Source: Podarcis cretensis (Eukaryota). Taken from it: a DNA stretch of 64,000 bases. The position numbers and the translations under genes are program-made. The stretch covers positions 48,174,001 to 48,238,000 of the forward strand of contig OX638161.1 of assembly GCA_951804945.1 (NCBI GenBank), given 5' to 3'. Below the pieces are notes generated by a model. That model saw only the letters and a program-made list of their open reading frames with translations. It was not told the DNA's origin and did no database searches. Below, piece by piece: positions 62,722 through 64,000 of the stretch (position 1 is the first letter of the stretch; each line of letters begins with the position of its first letter).

Positions 62722-62940
62722 CAGTGGTACCTCAGGTTAGATACGCTTCAGGTTACATACGCTTCAGGTTACAGACTCCACTAACCCAGAAATAGTGCTT
62801 CAGGTTAAGAAAATTATGCTTCGGTGGCATGGCGGCAGCAGGAGGCCCCATTAGCTAAAGTGGTGCTTCAGGTTAAGAACAGTTTCAGGTTAAGTACGGA
62901 CCTCCAGAACGAATTAAGTACTTAACCCGAGGTATCACTG
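62722..62940. mobile_element. Tc1/mariner-type MITE, copy 4
   Basis: TA-CAGTGGTACCTC..GAGGTATCACTG-TA. Confidence 0.9.
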
Positions 62941-63174
62941 TACATCCATTCTGCAACAGGTTTTACTGGTTTGTGCATCTTTGGTACCCCCTCTGGCAAT
63001 TAGTCACCAAATCAGAGGCAGTGAAGCGTTTTTGTCATCAGACTGTATTTGTGTGCATTCTTTTGGGGGCTTCTTATAAATTTGTGTTCATTAAGATTGG
63101 ATACTAAGTAGAGTAAATGTGGGGAGCTTTGCAGTAACATAAATCCTACAGATAATGATAATAATAATAGCAAT

Positions 63175-63660
63175 AGTAATAATAATAATAATTTATTTAA
63201 TTTATATACAGCGTTTTATCCAAAGATCAGAGGCCTGTATGCAACATTAAGAAAATAATTTACAAAACATAATAAAAAACATGATGCAGTGCATAATATT
63301 ACAAAGCATAATAAGAAAATGATCAAAATAACCACACAGACATTTAACACGCCATAGCTGAAGGCCTGGGTAAAGAGAAATGCGTTCACGAGGCACCTAA
63401 AGACCTGCAATGATGGAGCTATTCCACAGATGGGGAGCCACCACAGAAAAAGCCCATTTCATGTTGTCACCCTCCAAAACCTCTCAAGGAAAGGAGACAA
63501 AGAGAATGGCCTTGGGGGACAGGCACAGGAACAAGGTCGGTTCATATGGAAGAGAATGTCAGTAACTCCTTGAGGTCATGAGCCATGAGGCTTTATAGAT
63601 CAGCACCAGCACTTTGAATTGGGCCCAGAAACTAATTGGCTGCCAGTGCAGTTGGGCCAC
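63175..63660 (-). mobile_element. Old L2-like 3' fragment
   Basis: (TAA)n tail, AAGGCCTGG, ATTCCACAG and AGCACTTTGAA..GCCAGTGCAG similar to the L2 at 30750-31565. Confidence 0.55.
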
Positions 63661-63925
63661 AATGAATCCTTAGTCTATTCAGATTAGTCTGAAACATATG
63701 TTTTCTTTTTTCCTTTTAAAGTCCCCTACTGTTTTATCATTAAAAACATATACAAAGATTTCATGGATCATCTAATATAGGTAGCAATTTGGGTTTGATA
63801 ATTTTGTTAATGTGCATGCATAGAATCTATGGCATAGATGTTTTAAGTGCACACTTGATGAGAAAGCAGGATATGTGGAGTTTGGATTCCATATTAATAC
63901 TCTCCGTTCTTATGCTCACTGATTT

Positions 63926-64000
63926 ATGCAAAGCTACAAGACATTGGGCATCCTACTTAAGCCTTCAAAGCCTCACTTCTCACACAGACTTCCTGGAACA
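63926..64000 (+). promoter_or_regulatory. Promoter of the next family-C VH copy (runs off the window)
   Basis: CTGATTTATGCAAAG; 63527-64000 is paralogous to 49220-49930. Confidence 0.7.

Noticed and set aside
1-64000. D or J segments, germline-joined VDJ, CRISPR, tRNA or rRNA genes
   Set aside because: No short segments flanked by paired 12-RSSs and no WGxG J motifs found; the tRNA-like boxes belong to SINE heads.

Overview
Vertebrate (squamate reptile, inferred from Sauria SINEs, BovB and a squamate-type V2R) genomic DNA covering part of an immunoglobulin heavy-chain variable (IGHV) array. All VH segments are on the + strand with a leader exon, short intron, V exon and 3' recombination signal sequence (RSS); no D, J or C segments are visible. 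I count 15 open V exons in three families, plus about 9 pseudogenes or fragments. Family A is clan III-like ([13 protein letters not shown]) and family B is clan II-like ([15 protein letters not shown]); these two alternate in roughly 4.7-kb tandem units over 1-35 kb. Family C (QIVLTQSDP..[11 protein letters not shown]) lies at 45-64 kb. An apparently intact six-exon vomeronasal type-2 receptor gene (876 aa, minus strand, 35744-42107) sits between the A/B and C blocks. Most notable observations: (1) an open VH at 32126-32588 carries a 12-bp-spacer RSS instead of the 23-bp spacer of its neighbours, explicable by an exact 11-nt deletion; (2) the embedded V2R; (3) a very young copia LTR element with gag-protease-integrase but no RT/RNase H; (4) a near full-length RTE-X-like LINE whose ORF1 and ORF2 are separated by a single in-frame TGA-CAATTA readthrough-type signal; (5) orphan RSSs left where a whole VH was deleted. 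There is one assembly gap (31720-31855). Coordinates were counted by eye and may be off by a few bases at repeat edges.
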